Counted from the stretch's first letter, positions 9,843 to 19,676 are shown. The stretch: 64,000 nucleotides of DNA from an uncultured virus (IMG/VR IMGVR_UViG_3300020048_000016) (IMGVR_UViG_3300020048_000016), one strand, 5' to 3'. Numbers and translations are program-made. Notes: generated from the letters alone by a model not told the origin.

Positions 9843-11393
9843 ATGATACAATTAAGTTCTAACAATACTCCAATATTCGGATCCACATTTTCAAAAGCAG
9901 ATTATAAAGAATTTGAAAAAAATGGAGATTCAAATTACTTCGAATCTATCATCGACAATCTTATACTAGAAGAATATTCCGTTAGTGATGAATTAAAAGA
10001 TTTAATAAAATCTCTTCCAAAAGAAGAAAAAAGAATATCCATTGCATTGAATTTAGGTGATAATAAATTATGGAATCAAATAAATGATGTACACAAAAGC
10101 GACATAACAAGATATAGAAAAATTAAAAAAATAATAATACTTATTAGAGAATATGTAAAAACAGCAGATGTTCGTAGAAAAACACACGGTGAAATACTAA
10201 CACCATTTGATGAATTAGCAAAACCAATGGTTAATCTAATGGATAATTATGATGCTGATTTTTGGACAGATCACACTAATAAGGTATTAGATAGTAGCGC
10301 AGGTTATGGCACTTTTTTAATTCTATGTTTATTCAAATTTATGGAGGGTTTAGTAGAATTTGAACCCAATGAAGATTTAAGATTAAAACATATAATCGAG
10401 AATCAATTATATTACGGTGAGCTTCAAAGTAGAAGTGTATTTAGTTGGCTATTAGCAATTGATCCATATGATGATTATAGTCCAAATTTTTATTGGGGAT
10501 CTTTTTTAAGTGAAGAATTCGATTATCATATGAAAACCGTTTGGAAAGTAGAAAAATTCGATTTAATTATCCAAAACCCACCATATCAAGAACAAAAACC
10601 AGGATTTAAAAAATCTCAACCACTATGGCACTTATTTGTACAAAAGTCATTTACATTATTAAAAAATGATAAATATATGATTATGGTACATCCAAGTGGA
10701 TGGAGAAATGTTGATGGTGTTTTTAAAAACACACAAACCTTATTAAAATCCAAACAAATATTAGAATTGAAGATGCATGGATTTAAAGATGGTATTGAGA
10801 CATTTGGTGCTCAAATAACATATGATTATTATTGTGTTAGAAATTCAGATAATTCAAATGATTTAAAAACCAATATAATATGCTTAGATGGTGAAAAATG
10901 CTCATTTAATTTATCTAAATTAGATTTTATACCTAGTGAAAATATAATAGAGATACAATCTCTTATCGCAAAAGAAGGTGAGGAACGAGTTAAAATAATA
11001 CATAGTTATTCAGCATATGAGACTAGAAAAAATTATATGTCAAGAGAACAAAGTGAAGAATTTAAATATCCTTGTATTTATACAATAGTTAAAGGAGGTA
11101 GAGTTAATTTATTTTGGAGCAACACGAATAACAAGGGACATTTTAATCAACCAAAGGTTATTTGGAGCAATGGATCCGCTACATCACCAATCATAGATGA
11201 GAATGGTGATTATGGCATCACACAATTTAGTTATGCAATAATTGATGATAGAGAAAATTTAAACAATATCAAAACCGCATTATCCAACGACTACTTTAAA
11301 AGTAAGATTATGCTGTTTAAAGGATTAGGTGACATATACAACTATAAGATAATATCAACATTCAGAAAAGATTTTTGGAAAGAATTCATCTAA
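9843..11393 (+). CDS. N6-adenine DNA methyltransferase (gamma class, Eco57I-like)
   Basis: HGEILTP, VLDSSAGYGTF, QNPPY, C-terminal TRD-like region. Confidence 0.85.
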   Translation: MIQLSSNNTPIFGSTFSKADYKEFEKNGDSNYFESIIDNLILEEYSVSDELKDLIKSLPKEEKRISIALNLGDNKLWNQINDVHKSDITRYRKIKKIIILIREYVKTADVRRKTHGEILTPFDELAKPMVNLMDNYDADFWTDHTNKVLDSSAGYGTFLILCLFKFMEGLVEFEPNEDLRLKHIIENQLYYGELQSRSVFSWLLAIDPYDDYSPNFYWGSFLSEEFDYHMKTVWKVEKFDLIIQNPPYQEQKPGFKKSQPLWHLFVQKSFTLLKNDKYMIMVHPSGWRNVDGVFKNTQTLLKSKQILELKMHGFKDGIETFGAQITYDYYCVRNSDNSNDLKTNIICLDGEKCSFNLSKLDFIPSENIIEIQSLIAKEGEERVKIIHSYSAYETRKNYMSREQSEEFKYPCIYTIVKGGRVNLFWSNTNNKGHFNQPKVIWSNGSATSPIIDENGDYGITQFSYAIIDDRENLNNIKTALSNDYFKSKIMLFKGLGDIYNYKIISTFRKDFWKEFI

Positions 11394-11418
11394 TAAAAAT
11401 TCAAAAATATATGAATAA

Positions 11419-11481
11419 GACAAAAAAATGCTTTTCAAAACAGTTGAGAACATAATAGAAGATCTATTCAATGATATATAA
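11419..11481 (+). repeat. Diverged copy of the last 63 nt of gene 5243..5773 (copy 1 = 5711-5773)
   Basis: 53/63 nt identical by manual alignment; DKKMLFKTVENIIEDLFNDI* vs DKEILFKTVEDIIEELFNDI*. Confidence 0.85.
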
Positions 11482-11530
11482 TTTATGACGAACATAAAGG
11501 ACTTTTACTACCAAACAACATATAAACTAT

Positions 11531-12187
11531 ATGGAATTATTTATGTTCGACATCGAAACAGTCTGCGAATACAAAGACTATGAAACCTTTTTATCAAATG
11601 ATGAAAGAGGTGCTAAACTATTTGAAGGTAAATGGAAAAGAATGGGTTGGGATCAAAAATTCTCACTAGAAGACTCATATTTAGACCAAGGTGGTATCAT
11701 ATCAACCTATGGTAAAATATGTTGTATATCATTCGGTTACATTGATTCAAATAATCAAAAACAAATAAGAAGTTTCTGCGGAGAAAACGAAAAAGAAATC
11801 GTTAATAACTTCAATGATCTTCTTAAAAAGATTGAACAAAAATCTTTTAAGTTATCCGGCTACAGAATAAATTACTTTGACATACCTTGGGTACTTCACA
11901 AATTACATAAGTATGGTATAACACCTGCTGAGATGATCTATCTATATGATAAGAAACCTTGGGACTGCAGAATTGTAGATATGGCTGATGATTGGAAGCA
12001 AAAATTTGCTTACTCATATAGTTTTGACGAAATGTGTTACGAATTAGATGTACCAAGTCCAAAAACTAAAATGGATGGATCACAAGTAAATGAATACTTC
12101 TATGCTGGAAGATTAGAAGAAATAAAAAACTATTGCGAAGCAGATGTTAGTTCATCAATCGATGCTAGTCTGAAGTTATATAAATAA
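11531..12187 (+). CDS. DEDD 3'-5' exonuclease (PolB-exonuclease-like, stand-alone)
   Basis: FDIETV...FDIP...YCEADV. Confidence 0.85.
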   Translation: MELFMFDIETVCEYKDYETFLSNDERGAKLFEGKWKRMGWDQKFSLEDSYLDQGGIISTYGKICCISFGYIDSNNQKQIRSFCGENEKEIVNNFNDLLKKIEQKSFKLSGYRINYFDIPWVLHKLHKYGITPAEMIYLYDKKPWDCRIVDMADDWKQKFAYSYSFDEMCYELDVPSPKTKMDGSQVNEYFYAGRLEEIKNYCEADVSSSIDASLKLYK

Positions 12188-12196
12188 AAATTTAAA

Positions 12197-13480
12197 ATGA
12201 AAGTAGATGTATTATTAGGACTTCAATGGGGTGACGAAGGTAAAGGTAAAATAGTTGATGTTCTATCACCAAAATATGACATAATAGCTCGTTTCCAGGG
12301 TGGACCTAACGCTGGACATACTTTAGAGTTTGAAGGCATTAAACACGTTCTAAATACAATTCCATCCGGAATATTCAGAGAAGATGTTATAAATTTAATT
12401 GGCAATGGTGTTGTTCTAGATCCAGTTCTTTTTAATAAAGAATTAGATAAACTAAAACCATTTAACATAGACTATTTAAATAGACTTGTTATTTCTAAAA
12501 AAGCACATTTGATCTTACCAACACACCGTTTATTAGATGCTGCTTCCGAGTTCGCAAAAGGTAAAAACAAAATTGGATCAACACTGAAAGGTATTGGACC
12601 GACTTATATGGATAAAACTGGTAGAAACGGATTAAGAGTAGGTGATATATTCTCTCCAAATTTCAAAGAGAAATATAATAACTTAGTTGAGAAACATATG
12701 GGTATTCTAAAACACTATGACGGATTTGAATACAATTTATCAGAATTAGAAATTGAATGGTTTAACGGAATAGAAACATTAAAAACTTTAAAAGCAGTTG
12801 ATAGCGAACATTACTTAAATGATGCATTAAAGTCCGGTAAGAAAATTCTAGCAGAAGGTGCACAAGGCACGATGTTAGATATCGACTTCGGTACTTATCC
12901 ATTTGTTACTTCATCAAATACCGTAACTGCAGGTACTTGTACTGGGTTAGGAATAGCACCAACTAAAATTGGTTCAGTAATCGGTATATTCAAAGCATAT
13001 TGTACAAGAGTTGGTAGTGGGCCTTTTCCATCTGAATTAGATAATGAGGTTGGTGAGTTGATAAGAAAGAAAGGATTTGAATTCGGATCAACTACTGGTA
13101 GAGAAAGAAGATGTGGTTGGATTGATATACCAGCATTAAAATATGCGATCATGATCAACGGTGTTACTGAATTGAATATGATGAAGTCAGATGTATTAGA
13201 TTGCTTTGAGACAATTAATGTTTGCACACATTATATTGTAAATGGTGAGAAGATAGATTACTTTCCATATGATGTGAATGATGTTGAATTAATTCCTGTT
13301 CTAGAAGAAGTTAAAGGTTGGAACACAGATCTAACTAAATTGACTTCATATGAAGATAGTCCAAAAGAATTAAAAGATTATGTTGTGTATTTAGAGAGAT
13401 TATTAGAAGTTCCGATTACGATTGTATCAGTTGGACCTGATAGAACACAGACATTAGAAACAAAAAAAAGCGATCAATAA
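12197..13480 (+). CDS. purA: Adenylosuccinate synthetase
   Basis: QWGDEGKGK, GGPNAGHT, EGAQG, GTYPFVTSS, TTGRERRCGW. Confidence 0.97.
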   Translation: MKVDVLLGLQWGDEGKGKIVDVLSPKYDIIARFQGGPNAGHTLEFEGIKHVLNTIPSGIFREDVINLIGNGVVLDPVLFNKELDKLKPFNIDYLNRLVISKKAHLILPTHRLLDAASEFAKGKNKIGSTLKGIGPTYMDKTGRNGLRVGDIFSPNFKEKYNNLVEKHMGILKHYDGFEYNLSELEIEWFNGIETLKTLKAVDSEHYLNDALKSGKKILAEGAQGTMLDIDFGTYPFVTSSNTVTAGTCTGLGIAPTKIGSVIGIFKAYCTRVGSGPFPSELDNEVGELIRKKGFEFGSTTGRERRCGWIDIPALKYAIMINGVTELNMMKSDVLDCFETINVCTHYIVNGEKIDYFPYDVNDVELIPVLEEVKGWNTDLTKLTSYEDSPKELKDYVVYLERLLEVPITIVSVGPDRTQTLETKKSDQ

Positions 13481-13493
13481 GATCGCTTTTTTT
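13462..13493. terminator. Bidirectional terminator between convergent genes
   Basis: A run-GCGATC-AATAA-GATCGC-T run. Confidence 0.8.
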
Positions 13494-14568
13494 ATTTAGT
13501 TTCAATAACTATATTGAATGCAACAGAGTGTTGAATACGATTTTCATCAGTCTCGAATAAAATTTTATTCAATTTCTCAAAATCATAAAAATTAAGATAC
13601 CTACTTTCAAATTCATCATCAATCGCTTCATGTTCACAATCATTACAAGTTGCCCAAGACTTACCACTATCATAGTCATAGCCACTTGAATCAATATCAT
13701 AACTACCACATTCTGGACAAATTGTTTCAGGCCTTATTAATTCAATATAAGAACAATCACTATCAAGTTCTCCAACAATTTCAAATTCATTGTATCTAAG
13801 CCAATTTTCAAATTGTTTCAAAACATCCTTCAAGACATCTTTTTCAGTATCATTAAATCCATTAGTAGTATCATCCGCAACAACATCAACTGCTATATGA
13901 TTAGACTTACCATTAATACCACAATAAACCGCAACTTTAATATAAGTATCATCTTTTAATGGTTGAAAGATATCCAATATATCTTGTTGTATATCTTGAT
14001 TATTTTCAAAGTTCTCATTGAATTTTTTTAAGTATTTCATATTTTTATTTTCTAGTAAACCAAATTCATCATTATCAAATATATCTTTCATTTTTTTTCT
14101 TTTTGCTACAATAGAACCCTTTTCAACTTTTTTATATTTAGTTAATTCTATTTTAAAATCAAATATATTTTTTATCAACATATCATTTTTCCATATTGCA
14201 AGACGACGATTTTTAAATAAATTCTCTACACTTTTAATAGAATCTATTGGTAAATTAATATTTTCAAGACTACCTGATATTCCTTTAGTCTTAATCTTAA
14301 TAAGCATCGTATATCTATTAGATTTTGAAATACTATAAACTGATTTTAAGAAAGTGATATATTGATCAAGTTTTTCATATTTAAATTTCATTGCAATTAA
14401 ATATCTAACAACCTCACCATCCTTAAAAAACTCAGGTATAACATCAACTTTAATATCATGATCCTGAATTAATTCAAGAGCCATATCTTCTAGATCATAA
14501 ATCATTTCTTGTGATTTATCAAAATTAGGTAAACCTATAGATTCTTTTAAATTTTTTAGATGTTTCAT
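13492..14568 (-). CDS. Double-tagged protein (MKHLKNLKES at 14568; internal MKYLKKFNE at 14040) with C-terminal Zn ribbon
   Basis: Start reassigned to ATG 14568, 4 nt after late-type promoter; CPECGS...CNDC. Confidence 0.7.
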   Translation of the reverse strand: MKHLKNLKESIGLPNFDKSQEMIYDLEDMALELIQDHDIKVDVIPEFFKDGEVVRYLIAMKFKYEKLDQYITFLKSVYSISKSNRYTMLIKIKTKGISGSLENINLPIDSIKSVENLFKNRRLAIWKNDMLIKNIFDFKIELTKYKKVEKGSIVAKRKKMKDIFDNDEFGLLENKNMKYLKKFNENFENNQDIQQDILDIFQPLKDDTYIKVAVYCGINGKSNHIAVDVVADDTTNGFNDTEKDVLKDVLKQFENWLRYNEFEIVGELDSDCSYIELIRPETICPECGSYDIDSSGYDYDSGKSWATCNDCEHEAIDDEFESRYLNFYDFEKLNKILFETDENRIQHSVAFNIVIETK

Positions 14569-14630
14569 ATAGTATATATTAAAAAAATATATTATATTTA
14601 CAAAACGAAACAAACTAAAACTTAAATAAA

Positions 14631-14765
14631 ATGGGAGCAATTAAAGAAATTATGGTAGAATTACAAAATCAATATGGTTACGACTTAGAGTACTTACCAG
14701 AAGATTTTGACTGGGAAGCACACTTCAAATCAAAGTCAGAAGAACCTAATTCAGAAAATGATTAA
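14631..14765 (+). CDS. Small acidic hypothetical protein, 44 aa (MGAIKEIMVELQNQYG...)
   Basis: Manual translation; followed by terminator. Confidence 0.55.
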   Translation: MGAIKEIMVELQNQYGYDLEYLPEDFDWEAHFKSKSEEPNSEND

Positions 14766-14786
14766 ATATTAACCTTAAATTAATGC

Positions 14787-14812
14787 AAAACCTATCAAAA
14801 GATAGGTTTTTT
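14787..14812 (+). terminator. Intrinsic terminator
   Basis: AAAACCTATC-AAAA-GATAGGTTTTTT. Confidence 0.75.
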
Positions 14813-14836
14813 CTATTTTCACTTAATATATAGATT

Positions 14837-15175
14837 ATGAGTGAAATGAATTGCTTTGATATAGTACATATTAAACCAAATGCGCAAAATTTAGAGATGT
14901 GGATTGCATATGAAGATGGACAAGCAATTGGTCATATATTTATGACAATAGAAACTGGTAACAAGATAAAGTTTCTAGATGCTTGGGTGGATGAAAATCA
15001 TAGAAGAAGAGGTATATTCAGAACTTTATGGGAAACAAGATGGGACTATGTACAAGAAAACTACAAAGGTTATATAGTTTATGCTTGGTGCAAAGATTCT
15101 TCTTTACCTTTATTATTAGAAAAGGGTTTCAATCCTGGTGAAATTGTCACCTATGTTGAAAAAAAGATCGAATAG
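14837..15175 (+). CDS. GNAT-family N-acetyltransferase
   Basis: WVDENHRRRGIFRTL...LLEKGF. Confidence 0.8.
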   Translation: MSEMNCFDIVHIKPNAQNLEMWIAYEDGQAIGHIFMTIETGNKIKFLDAWVDENHRRRGIFRTLWETRWDYVQENYKGYIVYAWCKDSSLPLLLEKGFNPGEIVTYVEKKIE

Positions 15176-15218
15176 CGGATGTCTATACAAATATATACTT
15201 GTAAAAAATAAGTATATT

Positions 15219-15410
15219 ATGAAACTAAAAATGTTTTCGATAAGAATTGAAGAAAAATTAATAGAAGAATATAGAATGTTTTGCGAAGAGAATTCAATAA
15301 ATATATCTGCTCGACTTAGAAAATTTATGGAGAGAGATATGGAACAGTGGAAACAAAGAAAAATTGCTATACAAAGAAATAACAATAACAATAACACAAA
15401 ACCCTCTTAA
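15219..15410 (+). CDS. Ribbon-helix-helix DNA-binding protein
   Basis: MKLKMFSIRIEEKLIEEYRMFCEENSINISARLRKFM; start reassigned to ATG 15219. Confidence 0.7.
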   Translation: MKLKMFSIRIEEKLIEEYRMFCEENSINISARLRKFMERDMEQWKQRKIAIQRNNNNNNTKPS

Positions 15411-15424
15411 TTAAGAGGGTTTTT
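15398..15424. terminator. Bidirectional terminator
   Basis: AAAACCCTCTTAATTAAGAGGGTTTT palindrome between convergent genes. Confidence 0.8.
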
Positions 15425-15429
15425 AAATT

Positions 15430-16806
15430 TTATTGATATCTATCTTCTAGATATGATTCTGATTCATCATCAGCAAGTGATCTAGCAAATTCGGAATCAT
15501 TTAAATACTCATATAACCAATCATACATTTTATTATCTAATTGATCAACAGAGCCATAAATCTCTTCTATATAATCTTCTGCAGAATAACTTTTATATCT
15601 TTGTTCAGTATATTCTTCAGCAATTTCATCTCTATAATTCAAATCTTCAATCATTTCAATTAAATCGCTTTTATCCATTCCATCAAGATAATCTATAATA
15701 TCAGATTTTATATCATCTTTTTCTTCTTCATCCAAATCATCGTCATCGTCTATTTTATCAATTAAATAATCTAGATACTTATCATCTGGTATTATATTTT
15801 TTATATACCTTACCAAATCATCATCATGTAGATAATCGAGTTCAAAACCTTCTTTTTCATCATCAATAACACTTTGTATAAATCTATCATCATCAATATG
15901 ACGGAAAAAATAATTAGGAAAAATAAATGCATATTCTTTTATATCTTCTATAATATCTTCATAATACATTTCTCTCATCTCTTCAATCGTATGACCTTTT
16001 GATTTTTCAATATAATCTGGATTTGCTTCTTCTAATTTATTATATAACTCTTGTGATAAATCTTCCGGTAATAAATCTGAACTTCTATCATATTCCGATT
16101 TAAATTTTTCCGCTTCTAATTCAATTATTAAATCAACAACATATTTGTGATATCTTTCAACTGGCTTTTTATTACCTCTACCTTTTATTTGTGTTATGAT
16201 TTTATCATTTTCATCATATGCAACAGTTACATATGGATATCTATCCCTTCTTAATGATAATAAGGTTGTTCCCTGATTAGTATTACCACAATGACCCATA
16301 GATTCACCTTCTTGCTCAGATCTACTAGTCTCTAAATCGATCCAATAGAAACCATCTGGGAATTCCATAATCAATTCACCATCCTCGTCTTCAATTTGTT
16401 TACCTTGGTTTTGTTCTATTTCTTTATGCCATTGATTAGATTTTTCAAGAGCATCATTAAGACTTAATCTATTAACATTTGGTTTATTATCGTGAAGTGG
16501 TGAATTTACATAATCTAATACCTTTGTGAAATAATGACTTAATATGTTTATAACATTATCAGTAACTTTATCTAGTTCTTGATTTTCACCTTTTAGATAA
16601 CCAGATATTACATCATCTGAATAACCTCTTTTTTTCGCATCATCTTTTAATTTAATTACTAGTTGATTTGCTAACCAAAGAGACATATCCGAATCTAGAT
16701 TATTAGCCCAATCAATAATTTTAATATTGTTTGCAAACTTTTTTATTTTACTAGTATGATCACGTCTTTCTAAAATATAGTTGTAATAACTTGATAAGTA
16801 TTTCAT
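15430..16806 (-). CDS. Tagged (MKYLSSYYNYILE) protein with PcfJ-like domain and very acidic C-terminus
   Basis: EGESMGHCG...LLSLR...PYVTV...QIKGRGNKKP. Confidence 0.65.
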   Translation of the reverse strand: MKYLSSYYNYILERRDHTSKIKKFANNIKIIDWANNLDSDMSLWLANQLVIKLKDDAKKRGYSDDVISGYLKGENQELDKVTDNVINILSHYFTKVLDYVNSPLHDNKPNVNRLSLNDALEKSNQWHKEIEQNQGKQIEDEDGELIMEFPDGFYWIDLETSRSEQEGESMGHCGNTNQGTTLLSLRRDRYPYVTVAYDENDKIITQIKGRGNKKPVERYHKYVVDLIIELEAEKFKSEYDRSSDLLPEDLSQELYNKLEEANPDYIEKSKGHTIEEMREMYYEDIIEDIKEYAFIFPNYFFRHIDDDRFIQSVIDDEKEGFELDYLHDDDLVRYIKNIIPDDKYLDYLIDKIDDDDDLDEEEKDDIKSDIIDYLDGMDKSDLIEMIEDLNYRDEIAEEYTEQRYKSYSAEDYIEEIYGSVDQLDNKMYDWLYEYLNDSEFARSLADDESESYLEDRYQ

Positions 16807-16808
16807 AA

Positions 16809-17147
16809 TTATTTAAAGTTAATTGGGTTAGAATAAAATCCTCTTAGAAATTTTTCCAATTTAGGACATTTGTTTTGAATCTCTTTTAATAAGTTTTCAT
16901 ATCCTGCTTGTGATAATGGACTTTCAAGAACTGCTTTAATAGCCATTATTTCAATATCTAAAACAACATTAGGCGATTTAATTTTATTTACCTTTTTATT
17001 CATTTCTAAATATTCATCAAGTAATTTTTCATCACACTTAATTTTACCTGTTAAGTAAAGAGGAATTATATAACTAGCATAAGCTTTTATAACAGAAGGA
17101 TCTGGCATAAAAATCTTACCTTCGTTCATTGTACTAAATTTTTTCAT
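16809..17147 (-). CDS. Hypothetical protein with short tag variant (MKKFSTMNE)
   Basis: Late-type promoter 4 nt upstream. Confidence 0.65.
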   Translation of the reverse strand: MKKFSTMNEGKIFMPDPSVIKAYASYIIPLYLTGKIKCDEKLLDEYLEMNKKVNKIKSPNVVLDIEIMAIKAVLESPLSQAGYENLLKEIQNKCPKLEKFLRGFYSNPINFK

Positions 17148-17166
17148 ATATTATATATTAATTTTA

Positions 17167-19431
17167 TTATTCAAATAACGGAAATTTAGGAAGAACAATT
17201 CTAGTATTTGCATTATCAGCAAATATTAAATACTTAGAGTCATTACCAATTATAATTTGATTCAATAATTTATTATGAGATTCAACTGGTAGTACATCAG
17301 CAAATAATCTTAGGTTAGTTGCTTTCATATCAGAAGCTCTCAATAAACAATTATCAGTTTCCATTAATGCTTCGAATGGTACAAACTCTTGTGTATTAGT
17401 ATAAACTTTTCTCAATATTGTACTTCCTAATGAACCAGCTTGTGATTCATCATTACAATCTCTCTTATAGATAAACTGACTTATTTCTCTTTGTCTTTGA
17501 TCTATATTAAGAACATAACAATACCAAACTTCTTCATCCAATGCTATTGTATCATTTGTAGGTAAACCTCTTAAATTAAATGTATATTCTAAATCATTTG
17601 TATTAACAACTATAGCATCGTTCTTTAAGTTCACTTTCCAACCTAATAAGTTTGTTTCATCATAGTATGTAAATAAGTTATAAACATCATCAATTACATA
17701 ATTGTGAATATTAAACCATATCATATATCCAATATTATCAGAATTTTTTATCAATGGATCTATATTATTATACTCAACGGCTACATCTCCAAATGTAATA
17801 GATGAAAGATCATAATTAGATTTAGAAATTATAGTAGATGAATTCTCAATTAATTCTTTATCTATAGAGGCTTTATAACTCAATCTAATTGGATCACGTG
17901 TAAGTGGTTTCAACTGATCTTTATTAGCAATTGATTTTTTATCTTCTGCTTGTTCCAATCCAAATAACTCATCAATCGTACTATTCTTAGTAAGTTCTTT
18001 AATCTTATCTCTAATATCAGCATCTGGCATAGCAAAGTTTGCAGCATTGTTGTATTTTTTCAATATCAATTTATAGTAAACTGCAGAGTTATTGAAGTTT
18101 CTAAATTGTTGAGCATGATCAACACTATACATTCTATTTAGATTACAGAAGTAAAGAAAATCTTCTTTTGCTGGTCTTCTTTGAGGACCAAAAACCTCTT
18201 TGAATTGTTGTTTAGTTATATGAACTTCCATTGTTGAGAATAAATTCAAATCAAATTGATTCATCACAATTTGTGAATCTGGAAAATTATTTCCTTCAAC
18301 AGAAACTTTAACCTCACCCTCACAAGCAACATTATATAACTGATACTCATTAAGTGTATGATCTTCACCTTTTTTATCAGGATCAGTAGCAAAGTATATT
18401 ACCCTATGTCCAAACATTTGCTGTGCATCGTTGCTCAATTTGGTTAAAAGCCCCATTGCTGCATTTTGTTTATATGGGTCATAAAGTCCTGCCTTATTCT
18501 CAGCACTCATTGTTGGTAAAGTACTACCATTTGCATCTGTTTGACAATTATCACCTGATAAACCTGCAGATATATTTCCATTTGAACTTCCTGATGGATT
18601 TGGTGCTGCTATAAAGTTACCACCAGCATCATAATAACCAGCACCCGGAAAACCAGATTGACAACTTTCTCTTATACCAAATAAGTTACTTTTAAAATAA
18701 TCCTTACTTACATTTTGAAAATCACCATGTAAGTTAATATCTTGTATCGAAACATTTGTAGTTCCTTTATTCTCTATACTATATTCAATTTGAAAAAATC
18801 TAATTGGATTTATTCTTGTAGTCGATATATTTGATGTTGTTAATGGTTCCCATTTAGTCCAAGTTCTACTATTATCTTGTGAGTATCTATATTTAATAAC
18901 TGTATTTGAGAGATCACTTCCCGATAATATTTCCATATCACTTAAAGAAAATACTTTATAAATATAAGGTGCTTTTAATATTGAACTTTGACCAGGTGCT
19001 AATTGAACTACACTACCATCATCAACTATGGATCTTTCTAATTCACCTTCTAATGAATATTCTAATATTCTAATCGTTCCTATTTCAGAACTACCTGCTC
19101 TTACCCATTTTATATCAATAAAAAGAGGCATCTTTGAATCCCACTCTGGAAAACTTTCTATATTTCTATTAAGAGGCATCCAAGACGAATAAGCAACACC
19201 ATCCATAGATATTCTATAGAAGTTGTTTAAATATCTATTAGATGTTAATCCAAGTGTATCATATGAGAATTTATTAAAACATTTAACGTTTTCAATATTA
19301 GTAAAACTTAAAATATATTCATCACCAATTTTATCAAATTTTGGTGTCTCTTTTATAGAAGCAGTTCCTGATGTTAAGTCAAACTTATCAGAAATGACTA
19401 TTGTTCCGTTTAATATGTCAGATTTAATCAT
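17167..19431 (-). CDS. Virion structural protein with central T4 gp14-like neck domain plus extra N- and C-terminal beta-rich domains
   Basis: QMFGHRVIYF...QFDLNL...RPAKEDFLYFCNLNRMYSV resembles gp14 (PKEGDLIYFPMDNSLFEI). Confidence 0.65.
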   Translation of the reverse strand: MIKSDILNGTIVISDKFDLTSGTASIKETPKFDKIGDEYILSFTNIENVKCFNKFSYDTLGLTSNRYLNNFYRISMDGVAYSSWMPLNRNIESFPEWDSKMPLFIDIKWVRAGSSEIGTIRILEYSLEGELERSIVDDGSVVQLAPGQSSILKAPYIYKVFSLSDMEILSGSDLSNTVIKYRYSQDNSRTWTKWEPLTTSNISTTRINPIRFFQIEYSIENKGTTNVSIQDINLHGDFQNVSKDYFKSNLFGIRESCQSGFPGAGYYDAGGNFIAAPNPSGSSNGNISAGLSGDNCQTDANGSTLPTMSAENKAGLYDPYKQNAAMGLLTKLSNDAQQMFGHRVIYFATDPDKKGEDHTLNEYQLYNVACEGEVKVSVEGNNFPDSQIVMNQFDLNLFSTMEVHITKQQFKEVFGPQRRPAKEDFLYFCNLNRMYSVDHAQQFRNFNNSAVYYKLILKKYNNAANFAMPDADIRDKIKELTKNSTIDELFGLEQAEDKKSIANKDQLKPLTRDPIRLSYKASIDKELIENSSTIISKSNYDLSSITFGDVAVEYNNIDPLIKNSDNIGYMIWFNIHNYVIDDVYNLFTYYDETNLLGWKVNLKNDAIVVNTNDLEYTFNLRGLPTNDTIALDEEVWYCYVLNIDQRQREISQFIYKRDCNDESQAGSLGSTILRKVYTNTQEFVPFEALMETDNCLLRASDMKATNLRLFADVLPVESHNKLLNQIIIGNDSKYLIFADNANTRIVLPKFPLFE

Positions 19432-19496
19432 AACTTATATATTAAAATGTAAAAGTTATTTCGTATCTTTGTTATTATATTTAAATATAATTAGAA

Positions 19497-19676
19497 ATGG
19501 GAAGGAAAAAACACAATGATATCCTCTTTTTAGAAAAAAGATTAGATCATCTTATAGAGTTAGAAGATTATGAGAAAGCAGCAATCGTGTCTAGATGGAT
19601 TAACGAACTAACAGAACTTTTTGATAAACAAGAAAATTCTAAAAATAATTCTAATATATTTGGAAATAAGAGATAA
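19497..19676 (+). CDS. Small UVR (UvrB/C coiled-coil) motif protein, 59 aa, missing from the ORF track
   Basis: LEKRLDHLIELEDYEKAAIVSRWI; TATCTTTG promoter at 19464. Confidence 0.65.
   Translation: MGRKKHNDILFLEKRLDHLIELEDYEKAAIVSRWINELTELFDKQENSKNNSNIFGNKR

Noticed and set aside
12197..13480. PurZ (2-aminoadenine, Z-genome) synthetase
   Set aside because: The catalytic motif is canonical PurA GDEGKG (Asp), not the Ser-containing PurZ variant, and the protein is full-length bacterial-like PurA
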